A DNA stretch of 64,000 bases from NCBI RefSeq assembly GCF_009914755.1, contig NC_060927.1. One strand, given 5' to 3'. The stretch comes from the human T2T-CHM13v2.0 reference genome, Homo sapiens. Under the pieces are notes generated by a model. It saw only the letters and a list, made by a program, of their open reading frames with translations, was not told where the DNA came from and did not search any database. Shown here piece by piece: positions 52,401 to 64,000 of this stretch (position 1 is the stretch's first letter; each line of letters starts with the position of its first letter). The position numbers were made by a program, and so were the translations under genes.

Positions 52401-55400
52401 TGCATTTAACTCTCAGAGTTCAACCTTCCTTTTGATAGAAGAGTGTTGAAATATTCTTTTTGTAGAGTTTCCAAGTGAATATTTAGAGCTGTTTCAGGCC
52501 TATGTAGAAGAGGAAATATCTTCACAGAAAAACTAGACATAATTGTTCTCTGAAGCTACTTTGTGATGTGCGCATTCAGCTTAAAGAGTTTAACCTTTCT
52601 TTGGATGGAGCGGTTTTAAACACACTTTTTGAGGAATTTGCAATTCTATATTTAGAGTGCTTTCAGGCCTGTGGTACAAAAGGGAATGTCCTCACATAAA
52701 ATCTAGACAGAAGCATTGTCGGAAACTATTTTGTGATACCTGCCTTCAACTCTCAGAGTTGAATATTCCTCTTGATGGAGCAGTTTTGAAAAACTCTTTT
52801 TGTTGAATCTCCAAGTGGATATTTGGACCTCTTTGTGGCCTTCGTTTGAAACGCGACTGCTTCATACAAAACTGGACAGAAGAATTCTCATAAACTTCTT
52901 CGTGATGTGTGCTTTCAACTGGCAGCGTTGAAGCTTCCTTTCGATAGAGCAGTTTTCTAACTCTCTTTTTGTAGAATTTCCCGGTGGATATTTAGCGCCT
53001 TTTGAGGCCCATGGTGGAAAAGGCAATATCTTCATAGAAAAACTAGACCGAATCATTCTCAGAAACTACTTTGTGATGTGTGCCTTCAACTCACAGAGTT
53101 TAACCTTTCTTTTGATAGAGCAGTTTTGAAAAACTCTTTTTGTAGAATCTGCAAGTGTATATTGGGACTTTTCTGAGGCTATCTTTGGAAACGGGATTTC
53201 TTCATATAAAACTTGAAAGAAGAATCCTCAGAAAATTATTTGTGATATGTGCATTTAACTCATGGAGTTGAAACTTCCTTTCGATAGAAGAGTTTTGAAA
53301 TACTCTTTTTGTGGAATTTCCAAGTGGATTTTTACAGCGGTTTGAGGTCTATGGCAGAAAAAGGAATATCTTCACAGAAAAACTAGGCAGATTCATTCTC
53401 CGAAGCTGTTTTGTGATGCTTGCATTAAGCTGACAGAGTTTAAACTTCCTTTGATAGAGCAGTTTGGAAACACTCTTTTTGTGGAATTTGCAAGTGTATA
53501 TTTAGAGCGTTTTGAGGCCTACAGTAGGAAAGGAAATATCTTCACATAAAAACTAGACAGAAGTATTGTCAGAAACTTATTTGTGATATTTGCATTCAAC
53601 GCACAGAGTTGAACATTCCTCTTGATGGAGCCGTTTTGAAACACTCTTTTTGTAGAATCTTCAAGTGGATATTTGGACCTCTTTGTGGCCTTCGTGTGAA
53701 ACGTGATTTGTTCATTTACAACTAGACAGAAGAATTCTCAGAAACTTCTTTGTGATGTGTACTTTCAACTCACAGAGTTGAAGCTTCCTTTCAATAGAGC
53801 ACTTTTGAAACTCAGTTTCTGTAGAATTTCCAGGTGGATATTTAGCGCCGTTTGAGGCCTATGGTAGAAAAGGCAATATCTTCATAGAAAAACTAGACAG
53901 AATGATTCTCAGAAACAACTTTGTGATGTGTGCGTTCAACTCACTGAGTTTAACCTTTCTTTTGATAGACCAGTTATGAAACACTCTTTTTGTAGAATCT
54001 GCAAGTAAATATTGGACTTTTTTGAGGCCTTCCTTGGAAACGGGATTTCTTCATATAAACCTTGACAGAAGAATTCTCAGAAACTTCTTTGTGATGTGTG
54101 CATTTAACTCTCAGAGTTCAACCTTCCTTTTGATAGAAGAGTGTTGAAATATTCTTTTTGTAGTATTTCCAAGTGAATATTTAGAGCGGTTTCAGGCCTA
54201 TGTAGAAGAGGAAATATCTTCACAGAAAAACTAGACATAATTGCTCTCTGAAGCTACTTTGTGATGTGCGCATTCAGCTTACAGAGTTTAACCTTTCTTT
54301 GGATGGAGCGGTTTTAAACACTCTTTTTGAGGAATTTGCAATTCTATATTTAGAGTGCTTTCAGGCCTGTGGTACAAAAGGGAATGTCCTCACATAAAAT
54401 CTAGACAGAAGCATTGTCGGAAACTATTTTGTGATACCTGCCTTCAACTCTCAGAGTTGAATATTCCTCTTGATGGAGCAGTTTTGAAAAACTCTTTTTG
54501 TTGAATCTCCAAGTGGATATTTGGACCTCTTTGTGGCCTTCGTTTGAAACGCGACTGCTTCATACAAAACTGGACAGAAGAATTCTCATAAACTTCTTCG
54601 TGATGTGTGCTTTCAACTGGCAGCGTTGAAGCTTCCTTTCGATAGAGCAGTTTTCTAACTCTCTTTTTGTAGAATTTCCCGGTGGATATTTAGCGCCTTT
54701 TGAGGCCCATGGTGGAAAAGGCAATATCTTCATAGAAAAACTAGACCGAATCATTCTCAGAAACTACTTTGTGATGTGTGCCTTCAACTCACAGAGTTTA
54801 ACCTTTCTTTTGATAGAGCAGTTTTGAAAAACTCTTTTTGTAGAATCTGCAAGTGTATATTGGGACTTTTCTGAGGCTATCTTTGGAAACGGGATTTCTT
54901 CATATAAAACTTGAAAGAAGAATCCTCAGAAAATTATTTGTGATATGTGCATTTAACTCATGGAGTTGAAACTTCCTTTCGATAGAAGAGTTTTGAAATA
55001 CTCTTTTTGTGGAATTTCCAAGTGGATTTTTACAGCGGTTTGAGGTCTATGGCAGAAAAAGGAATATCTTCACAGAAAAACTAGGCAGATTCATTCTCCG
55101 AAGCTGTTTTGTGATGCTTGCATTAAGCTGACAGAGTTTAAACTTCCTTTGATAGAGCAGTTTGGAAACACTCTTTTTGTGGAATTTGCAAGTGTATATT
55201 TAGAGCGTTTTGAGGCCTACAGTAGGAAAGGAAATATCTTCACCTAAAAACTAGACAGAAGTATTGTGAGAAACTTATTTGTGATATTTGCATTCAACGC
55301 ACAGAGTTGAACATTCCTCTTGATGGAGCCGTTTTGAAACACTCTTTTTGTAGAATCTGCAAGTGGATATTTGGACCTCTTTGTGGCCTTCGTGTGAAAC

Positions 55401-58400
55401 GTGATTTGTTCATTTACAACTAGACAGAAGAATTCTCAGAAACTTCTTTGTGATGTGTACTTTCAACTCACAGAGTTGAAGCTTCCTTTCAATAGAGCAC
55501 TTTTGAAACTCAGTTTCTGTAGAATTTCCAGGTGGATATTTAGCGCCGTTTGAGGCCTATGGTAGAAAACGCAATATCTCTATAGAAAAACTAGACAGAA
55601 TGATTCTCAGAAACAACTTTGTGATGTGTGCGTTCAACTCACTGAGTTTAACCTTTCTTTTGATAGACCAGTTATGAAACACTCTTTTTGTAGAATCTGC
55701 AAGTAAATATTGAACTTTTTTGAGCCCTTCCTTGGAAACGGGATTTCTTCATATAAACCTTGACAGAAGAATTCTCAGAAACTTCTTTGTGATGGGTGCA
55801 TTTAACTCTCAGAGTTCAACCTTCCTTTTGATAGAAGAGTGTTGAAATATTCTTTTTGTAGAATTTCCAAGTGAATATTTAGAGCGGTTTCAGGCCTATG
55901 TAGAAGAGGAAATATCTTCACAGAAAAACTAGACATAATTGTTCTCTGAAGCTACTTTGTGATGTGCGCATTCAGCTTACAGAGTTTAACCTTTCTTTGG
56001 ATGGAGCGGTTTTAAACACTCTTTTTGAGGAATTTGCAATTCTATATTTAGAGTGCTTTCAGGCCTGTGGTACAAAAGGGAATGTCCTCACATAAAATCT
56101 AGACAGAAGCATTGTCGGAAACTATTTTGTGTTACCTGCCTTCAGCTCTCAGAGTTGAATATTCCTCTTGATGGAGCACTTTTGAAAAACTCTTTTTGTT
56201 GAATCTCCAAGTGGATATTTGGACCTCTTTGTGGCCTTCGTTTGAAACGTGACTGCTTCATACAAAACTGGACAGAAGAATTCTCATAAACTTCTTCGTG
56301 ATGTGTGCTTTCAACTGGCAGCGTTGAAGCTTCCTTTCGATAGAGCAGTTTTCTAACTCTCTTTTTGTAGAATTTCCCGGTGGATATTTAGCGCCTTTTG
56401 AGGCCCATGGTGGAAAAGGCAATATCTTCATAGAAAAACTAGACCGAATCATTCTCAGAAACTACTTTGTGATGTGTGCCTTCAACTCACAGAGTTTAAC
56501 CTTTCTTTTGATAGAGCAGTTTTGAAAAACTCTTTTTGTAGAATCTGCAAGTGTATATTGGGACTTTTCTGAGGCTATCTTTGGAAACGGGATTTCTTCA
56601 TATAAAACTTGAAAGAAGAATCCTCAGAAAATTATTTGTGATATGTGCATTTAACTCATGGAGTTGAAACTTCCTTTCGGTAGAAGAGTTTTGAAATACT
56701 CTTTTTGTAGAATTTCCAAGTGGATTTTTACAGCGGTTTGAGGTCTACGGCAGAAAAAGGAATATCTTCACAGAAAAACTAGGCAGATTCATTCTCCGAA
56801 GCTGTTTTGTGATGCTTGCATTAAGCTGACAGAGTTTAAACTTCCTTTGATAGAGCAGTTTGGAAACACTCTTTTTGTGGAATTTGCAAGTGTATATTTA
56901 GAGCGTTTTGAGGCCTACAGTAGGAAAGGAAATATCTTCACATAAAAACTAGACAGAAGTATTGTCAGAAACTTATTTGTGATATTTGCATTCAACGCAC
57001 AGAGTTGAACATTCCTCTTGATGGAGCCGTTTTGAAACACTCTTTTTGTAGAATCTTCAACTGGATATTTGGACCTCTTTGTGGCCTTCGTGTGAAACGT
57101 GATTTGTTCATTTACAACTAGACAGAAGAATTCTCAGAAACTTCTTTGTGATGTGTACTTTCAACTCACAGAGTTGAAGCTTCCTTTCAATAGAGCACTT
57201 TTGAAACTCAGTTTCTGTAGAATTTCCAGGTGGATATTTAGCGCCGTTTGAGGCCTATGGTAGAAAACGCAATATCTCTATAGAAAAACTAGACAGAATG
57301 ATTCTCAGAAACAACTTTGTGATGTGTGCGTTCAACTCACTGAGTTTAACCTTTCTTTTGATAGACCAGTTATGAAACACTCTTTTTGTAGAATCTGCAA
57401 GTAAATATTGAACTTTTTTGAGCCCTTCCTTGGAAACGGGATTTCTTCATATAAACCTTGACAGAAGAATTCTCAGAAACTTCTTTGTGATGGGTGCATT
57501 TAACTCTCAGAGTTCAACCTTCCTTTTGATAGAAGAGTGTTGAAATATTCTTTTTGTAGAATTTCCAAGTGAATATTTAGAGCGGTTTCAGGCCTATGTA
57601 GAAGAGGAAATATCTTCACAGAAAAACTAGACATAATTGTTCTCTGAAGCTACTTTGTGATGTGCGCATTCAGCTTACAGAGTTTAACCTTTCTTTGGAT
57701 GGAGCGGTTTTAAACACTCTTTTTGAGGAATTTGCAATTCTATATTTAGAGTGCTTTCAGGCCTGTGGTACAAAAGGGAATGTCCTCACATAAAATCTAG
57801 ACAGAAGCATTGTCGGAAACTATTTTGTGTTACCTGCCTTCAGCTCTCAGAGTTGAATATTCCTCTTGATGGAGCACTTTTGAAAAACTCTTTTTGTTGA
57901 ATCTCCAAGTGGATATTTGGACCTCTTTGTGGCCTTCGTTTGAAACGTGACTGCTTCATACAAAACTGGACAGAAGAATTCTCATAAACTTCTTCGTGAT
58001 GTGTGCTTTCAACTGGCAGCGTTGAAGCTTCCTTTCGATAGAGCAGTTTTCTAACTCTCTTTTTGTAGAATTTCCCGGTGGATATTTAGCGCCTTTTGAG
58101 GCCCATGGTGGAAAAGGCAATATCTTCATAGAAAAACTAGACCGAATCATTCTCAGAAACTACTTTGTGATGTGTGCCTTCAACTCACAGAGTTTAACCT
58201 TTCTTTTGATAGAGCAGTTTTGAAAAACTCTTTTTGTAGAATCTGCAAGTGTATATTGGGACTTTTCTGAGGCTATCTTTGGAAACGGGATTTCTTCATA
58301 TAAAACTTGAAAGAAGAATCCTCAGAAAATTATTTGTGATATGTGCATTTAACTCATGGAGTTGAAACTTCCTTTCGGTAGAAGAGTTTTGAAATACTCT

Positions 58401-61400
58401 TTTTGTAGAATTTCCAAGTGGATTTTTACAGCGGTTTGAGGTCTACGGCAGAAAAAGGAATATCTTCACAGAAAAACTAGGCAGATTCATTCTCCGAAGC
58501 TGTTTTGTGATGCTTGCATTAAGCTGACAGAGTTTAAACTTCCTTTGATAGAGCAGTTTGGAAACACTCTTTTTGTGGAATTTGCAAGTGTATATTTAGA
58601 GCGTTTTGAGGCCTACAGTAGGAAAGGAAATATCTTCACATAAAAACTAGACAGAAGTATTGTCAGAAACTTATTTGTGATATTTGCATTCAACGCACAG
58701 AGTTGAACATTCCTCTTGATGGAGCCGTTTTGAAACACTCTTTTTGTAGAATCTTCAAGTGGATATTTGGACCTCTTTGTGGCCTTCGTGTGAAACGTGA
58801 TTTGTTCATTTACAACTAGACAGAAGAATTCTCAGAAACTTCTTTGTGATGTGTACTTTCAACTCACAGAGTTGAAGCTTCCTTTCAATAGAGCACTTTT
58901 GAAACTCAGTTTCTGTAGAATTTCCAGGTGGATATTTAGCGCCGTTTGAGGCCTATGGTAGAAAAGGCAATATCTTCATAGAAAAACTAGACAGAATGAT
59001 TCTCAGAAACAACTTTGTGATGTGTGCGTTCAACTCACTGAGTTTAACCTTTCTTTTGATAGACCAGTTATGAAACACTCTTTTTGTAGAATCTGCAAGT
59101 AAATATTGGACTTTTTTGAGGCCTTCCTTGGAAACGGGATTTCTTCATATAAACCTTGACAGAAGAATTCTCAGAAACTTCTTTGTGATGTGTGCATTTA
59201 ACTCTCAGAGTTCAACCTTCCTTTTGATAGAAGAGTGTTGAAATATTCTTTTTGTAGAATTTCCAAGTGAATATTTAGAGCGGTTTCAGGCCTATGTAGA
59301 AGAGGAAATATCTTCACAGAAAAACTAGACATAATTGCTCTCTGAAGCTACTTTGTGATGTGCGCATTCAGCTTACAGAGTTTAACCTTTCTTTGGATGG
59401 AGCGGTTTTAAACACTCTTTTTGAGGAATTTGCAATTCTATATTTAGAGTGCTTTCAGGCCTGTGGTACAAAAGGGAATGTCCTCACATAAAATCTAGAC
59501 AGAAGCATTGTCGGAAACTATTTTGTGATACCTGCCTTCAACTCTCAGAGTTGAATATTCCTCTTGATGGAGCAGTTTTGAAAAACTCTTTTTGTTGAAT
59601 CTCCAAGTGGATATTTGGACCTCTTTGTGGCCTTCGTTTGAAACGTGACTGCTTCATACAAAACTGGACAGAAGAATTCTCATAAACTTCTTCGTGATGT
59701 GTGCTTTCAACTGGCAGCGTTGAAGCTTCCTTTCGATAGAGCAGTTTTCTAACTCTCTTTTTGTAGAATTTCCCGGTGGATATTTAGCGCCTTTTGAGGC
59801 CCATGGTGGAAAAGGCAATATCTTCATAGAAAAACTAGACCGAATCATTCTCAGAAACTACTTTGTGATGTGTGCCTTCAACTCACAGAGTTTAACCTTT
59901 CTTTTGATAGAGCAGTTTTGAAAAACTCTTTTTGTAGAATCTGCAAGTGTATATTGGGACTTTTCTGAGGCCATCTTTGGAAACGGGATTTCTTCATATA
60001 AAACTTGAAAGAAGAATCCTCAGAAAATTATTTGTGATATGTGCATTTAACTCATGGAGTTGAAACTTCCTTTCGATAGAAGAGTTTTGAAATACTCTTT
60101 TTGTAGAATTTCCAAGTGGATTTTTACAGCGGTTTGAGGTCTATGGCAGAAAAAGGAATATCTTCACAGAAAAACTAGGCAGATTCATTCTCCGAAGCTG
60201 TTTTGTGATGCTTGCATTAAGCTGACAGAGTTTAAACTTCCTTTGATAGAGCAGTTTGGAAACACTCTTTTTGTGGAATTTGCAAGTGTATATTTAGAGC
60301 GTTTTGAGGCCTACAGTAGGAAAGGAAATATCTTCACATAAAAACTAGACAGAAGTATTGTCAGAAACTTATTTGTGATATTTGCATTCAACGCACAGAG
60401 TTGAACATTCCTCTTGATGGAGCCGTTTTGAAACACTCTTTTTGTAGAATCTGCAAGTGGATATTTGGACCTCTTTGTGGCCTTCGTGTGAAACGTGATT
60501 TCTTCATTTACAACTAGACAGAAGAATTCTCAGAAACTTCTTTGTGATGTGTAATTTCAACTCACAGAGTTGAAGCTTCCTTTCAATAGAGCACTTTTGA
60601 AACTCAGTTTCTGTAGAATTTCCAGGTGGATATTTAGCGCCGTTTGAGGCCTATGGTAGAAAAGGCAATATCTTCATAGAAAAACTAGACAGAATGATTC
60701 TCAGAAACAACTTTGTGATGTGTGCGTTCAACTCACTGAGTTTAACCTTTCTTTTGATAGACCAGTTATGAAACACTCTTTTTGTAGAATCTGCATGTAA
60801 ATACTGGACTTTTTTGAGGCCTTCCTTGGAAACGGTATTTCTTCATATAAACCTTGACAGAAGAATTCTCAGAAACTTCTTTGTGATGGGTGCATTTAAC
60901 TCTCAGAGTTCAACCTTCCTTTTGATAGAAGAGTGTTGAAATATTCTTTTTGTAGAATTTCCAAGTGAATATTTAGAGCGGTTTCAGGCCTATGTAGAAG
61001 AGGAAATATCTTCACAGAAAAACTAGACATAATTGTTCTCTGAAGCTACTTTCTGATGTGCGCATTCAGCTTACAGAGTTTAACCTTTCTTTGGATGGAG
61101 CGGTTTTAAACACTCTTTTTGAGGAATTTGCAATTCTATATTTAGAGTGCTTTCAGGCCTGTGGTACAAAAGGGAATGTCCTCACATAAAATCTAGACAG
61201 AAGCATTGTCGGAAACTAATTTGTGATACCTGCCTTCAACTCTCAGAGTTGAATATTCCTCTTGATGGAGCAGTTTTGAAAAACTCTTTTTGTTGAATCT
61301 CCAAGTGGATATTTGGACCTCTTTGTGGCCTTCGTTTGAAACGTGACTGCTTCATACAAAACTGGACAGAAGAATTCTCATAAACTTCTTCGTGATGTGT

Positions 61401-64000
61401 GCTTTCAACTGGCAGCGTTGAAGCTTCCTTTCGATAGAGCAGTTTTCTAACTCTCTTTTTGTAGAATTTCCCGGTGGATATTTAGCGCCTTTTGAGGCCC
61501 ATGGTGGAAAAGGCAATATCTTCATAGAAAAACTAGACCGAATCATTCTCAGAAACTACTTTGTGATGTGTGCCTTCAACTCACAGAGTTTAACCTTTCT
61601 TTTGATAGAGCAGTTTTGAAAAACTCTTTTTGTAGAATCTGCAAGTGTATATTGGGACTTTTCTGAGGCTATCTTTGGAAACGGGATTTCTTCATATAAA
61701 ACTTGAAAGAAGAATCCTCAGAAAATTATTTGTGATATGTGCATTTAACTCATGGAGTTGAAACTTCCTTTCGATAGAAGAGTTTTGAAATACTCTTTTT
61801 GTGGAATTTCCAAGTGGATTTTTACAGCGGTTTGAGGTCTATGGCAGAAAAAGGAATATCTTCACAGAAAAACTAGGCAGATTCATTCTCCGAAGCTGTT
61901 TTGTGATGCTTGCATTAAGCTGACAGAGTTTAAACTTCCTTTGATAGAGCAGTTTGGAAACACTCTTTTTGTGGAATTTGCAAGTGTATATTTAGAGCGT
62001 TTTGAGGCCTACAGTAGGAAAGGAAATATCTTCACCTAAAAACTAGACAGAAGTATTGTGAGAAACTTATTTGTGATATCTGCATTCAACGCACAGAGTT
62101 GAACATTCCTCTTGATGGAGCCGTTTTGAAACACTCTTTTTGTAGAATCTGCAAGTGGATATTTGGACCTCTTTGTGGCCTTCGTGTGAAACGTGATTTG
62201 TTCATTTACAACTAGACAGAAGAATTCTCAGAAACTTCTTTGTGATGTGTACTTTCAACTCACAGAGTTGAAGCTTCCTTTCAATAGAGCACTTTTGAAA
62301 CTCAGTTTCTGTAGAATTTCCAGGTGGATATTTAGCGCCGTTTGAGGCCTATGGTAGAAAAGGCTATATCTTCATAGAAAAACTAGACAGAATGATTCTC
62401 AGAAACAACTTTGTGATGTGTGCGTTCAACTCACTGAGTTTAACCTTTCTTTTGATAGACCAGTTATGAAACACTCTTTTTGTAGAATCTGCAAGTAAAT
62501 ATTGGACTTTTTTGAGGCCTTCCTTGGAAACGGGATTTCTTCATATAAACCTTGACAGAAGAATTCTCAGAAACTTCTTTGTGATGTGTGCATTTAACTC
62601 TCAGAGTTCAACCTTCCTTTTGATAGAAGAGTGTTGAAATATTCTTTTTGTATAATTTCCAAGTGAATATTTAGAGCGGTTTCAGGCCTATGTAGAAGAG
62701 GAAATATCTTCACAGAAAAACTAGACATAATTGCTCTCTGAAGCTACTTTGTGATGTGCGCATTCGGCTTACAGAGTTTAACCTTTCTTTGGATGGAGCG
62801 GTTTTAAACACTCTTTTTGAGGAATTTGCAATTCTATATTTAGAGTGCTTTCAGGCCTGTGGTACAAAAGGGAATGTCCTCACATAAAATCTAGACAGAA
62901 GCATTGTCGGAAACTATTTTGTGTTACCTGCCTTCAGCTCTCAGAGTTGAATATTCCTCTTGATGGAGCAGTTTTGAAAAACTCTTTTTGTTGAATCTCC
63001 AAGTGGATATTTGGACCTCTTTGTGGCCTTCGTTTGAAACGTGACTGCTTCATACAAAACTGGACAGAAGAATTATCATAAACTTCTTCGTGATGTGTGC
63101 TTTCAACTGGCAGCGTTGAAGCTTCCTTTCGATAGAGCAGTTTTCTAACTCTCTTTTTGTAGAATTTCCCGGTGGATATTTAGCGCCTTTTGAGGCCCAT
63201 GGTGGAAAAGGCAATATCTTCATAGAAAAACTAGACCGAATCATTCTCAGAAACTACTTTGTGATGTGTGCCTTCAACTCACAGAGTTTAACCTTTCTTT
63301 TGATAGAGCAGTTTTGAAAAACTCTTTTTGTAGAATCTGCAAGTGTATATTGGGACTTTTCTGAGGCTATCTTTGGAAACGGGATTTCTTCATATAAAAC
63401 TTGAAAGAAGAATCCTCAGAAAATTATTTGTGATATGTGCATTTAACTCATGGAGTTGAAACTTCCTTTCGATAGAAGAGTTTTGAAATACTCTTTTTGT
63501 AGAATTTCCAAGTGGATTTTTACAGCGGTTTGAGGTCTATGGCAGAAAAAGGAATATCTTCACAGAAAAACTAGGCAGATTCATTCTCCGAAGCTGTTTT
63601 GTGATGCTTGCATTAAGCTGACAGAGTTTAAACTTCCTTTGATAGAGCAGTTTGGAAACACTCTTTTTGTGGAATTTGCAAGTGTATATTTAGAGCGTTT
63701 TGAGGCCTACAGTAGGAAAGGAAATATCTTCACATAAAAACTAGACAGAAGTATTGTCAGAAACTTATTTGTGATATTTGCATTCAACGCACAGAGTTGA
63801 ACATTCCTCTTGATGGAGCCGTTTTGAAACACTCTTTTTGTAGAATCTGCAAGTGGATATTTGGACCTCTTTGTGGCCTTCGTGTGAAACGTGATTTCTT
63901 CATTTACAACTAGACAGAAGAATTCTCAGAAACTTCTTTGTGATGTGTACTTTCAACTCACAGAGTTGAAGCTTCCTTTCAATAGAGCTCTTTTGAAACT
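49450..64000 (+). repeat. HOR haplotype layer 4; homogeneous, constant 1698-bp period
   Basis: A fixed 1-bp deletion (aaatattggact, first at ~50612) plus ttcCttggaaac, aactGgacag, ctGgcagcg, ttcCCggtgg, gccCatgg, agacCgaatCattc and catTAagctg. The 64-aa ORF recurs every 1698 bp from 51164 to 63050. Confidence 0.9.

Larger units (their letters stand above)
1..64000 (+). repeat. Alpha-satellite (ALR/Alpha) higher-order repeat array; 10-mer HOR of ~1698-1699 bp; 37 full units + one 5-mer + partial unit
   Basis: Alphoid motifs (aaactagacagaagcattctcagaaact-like, tttgtgatgtgtgc, ttcaactcacagagtttaacctttcttttgatagagcagttttgaaa) recur every ~170 bp. The unit start 'tgaggcctacagt' occurs at 1, 1700, 3397, 5096, 6795, 8494, 10193, 11892, 12742, 14441 ... 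63701. The ORF track repeats with a 1698-1700 bp period. Confidence 0.99.
1..64000. other. Tentative identity: inactive SF1-related (SF01) 10-mer HOR, possibly human chromosome 3 S01C3H2 (D3-2)
   Basis: Inference from memory, with no database search. It rests on the 10-mer size, SF1-like motifs (ctagacagaagaattctcag after B boxes, ctagacagaatgattctcag after A boxes) and non-strict A/B alternation. The ABABA pattern differs from the SF3 pentamer (three B, two A). Confidence 0.5.

Noticed and set aside
17588-63244. Sporadic 61-101 aa ORFs and the 64-aa layer-4 ORF
   Set aside because: They arise from chance stop-codon loss by single SNPs and are useful only as haplotype markers.
1-64000. CRISPR-like or prokaryotic repeat system
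   Set aside because: There are no unique spacers and no cas or other genes; the entire sequence is tandem alphoid monomers.
1-64000. Transposon insertion (L1/Alu) or strand inversion
   Set aside because: Unit spacing accounts for all bases (1697-1700 bp plus one 850-bp unit). I saw no poly(A) tails, target-site duplications or reversed monomers.
1-64000. Assignment to an active SF3 pentameric array (DXZ1, D11Z1, D17Z1) or chr18 D18Z2
   Set aside because: SF3 arrays have three B-type monomers per pentamer with intact CENP-B boxes and other HOR sizes. D18Z2 is, as I recall, SF2 dimeric with a 1.7-kb HindIII unit, whereas HindIII cuts twice per unit here. Not verified by alignment.

Overview
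The whole 64 kb window is primate (very likely human) alpha-satellite DNA: ~170-bp monomers in one uninterrupted orientation, organised as a 10-monomer higher-order repeat (HOR) of ~1699 bp. The HOR is itself a diverged dimer of a pentamer (box-type pattern A-B-A-B-A twice). Counting from the 'tgaggcctacag' register there are 37 full 10-mers, one 850-bp 5-mer deletion variant (11892-12741) and a 300-bp partial unit at the end. I saw no real genes, RNA genes, transposons, inversions or CRISPR arrays, and the ORF track only reflects repeat periodicity. All four B-type boxes per HOR lack an essential CENP-B base, consistent with an inactive flanking HOR array; a tentative identity from memory is the chr3 SF01 10-mer S01C3H2/D3-2. 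I found no new gene system. The notable signal is the array's internal history: four HOR haplotype layers, a half-HOR deletion at a layer boundary, a patchwork of 1-7 HOR-offset duplications and a ~50-bp foreign-looking patch at 46.2 kb. Monomers m1-m10 are my own numbering, each starting just before the box region. All comparisons were made by eye, so boundaries are approximate.
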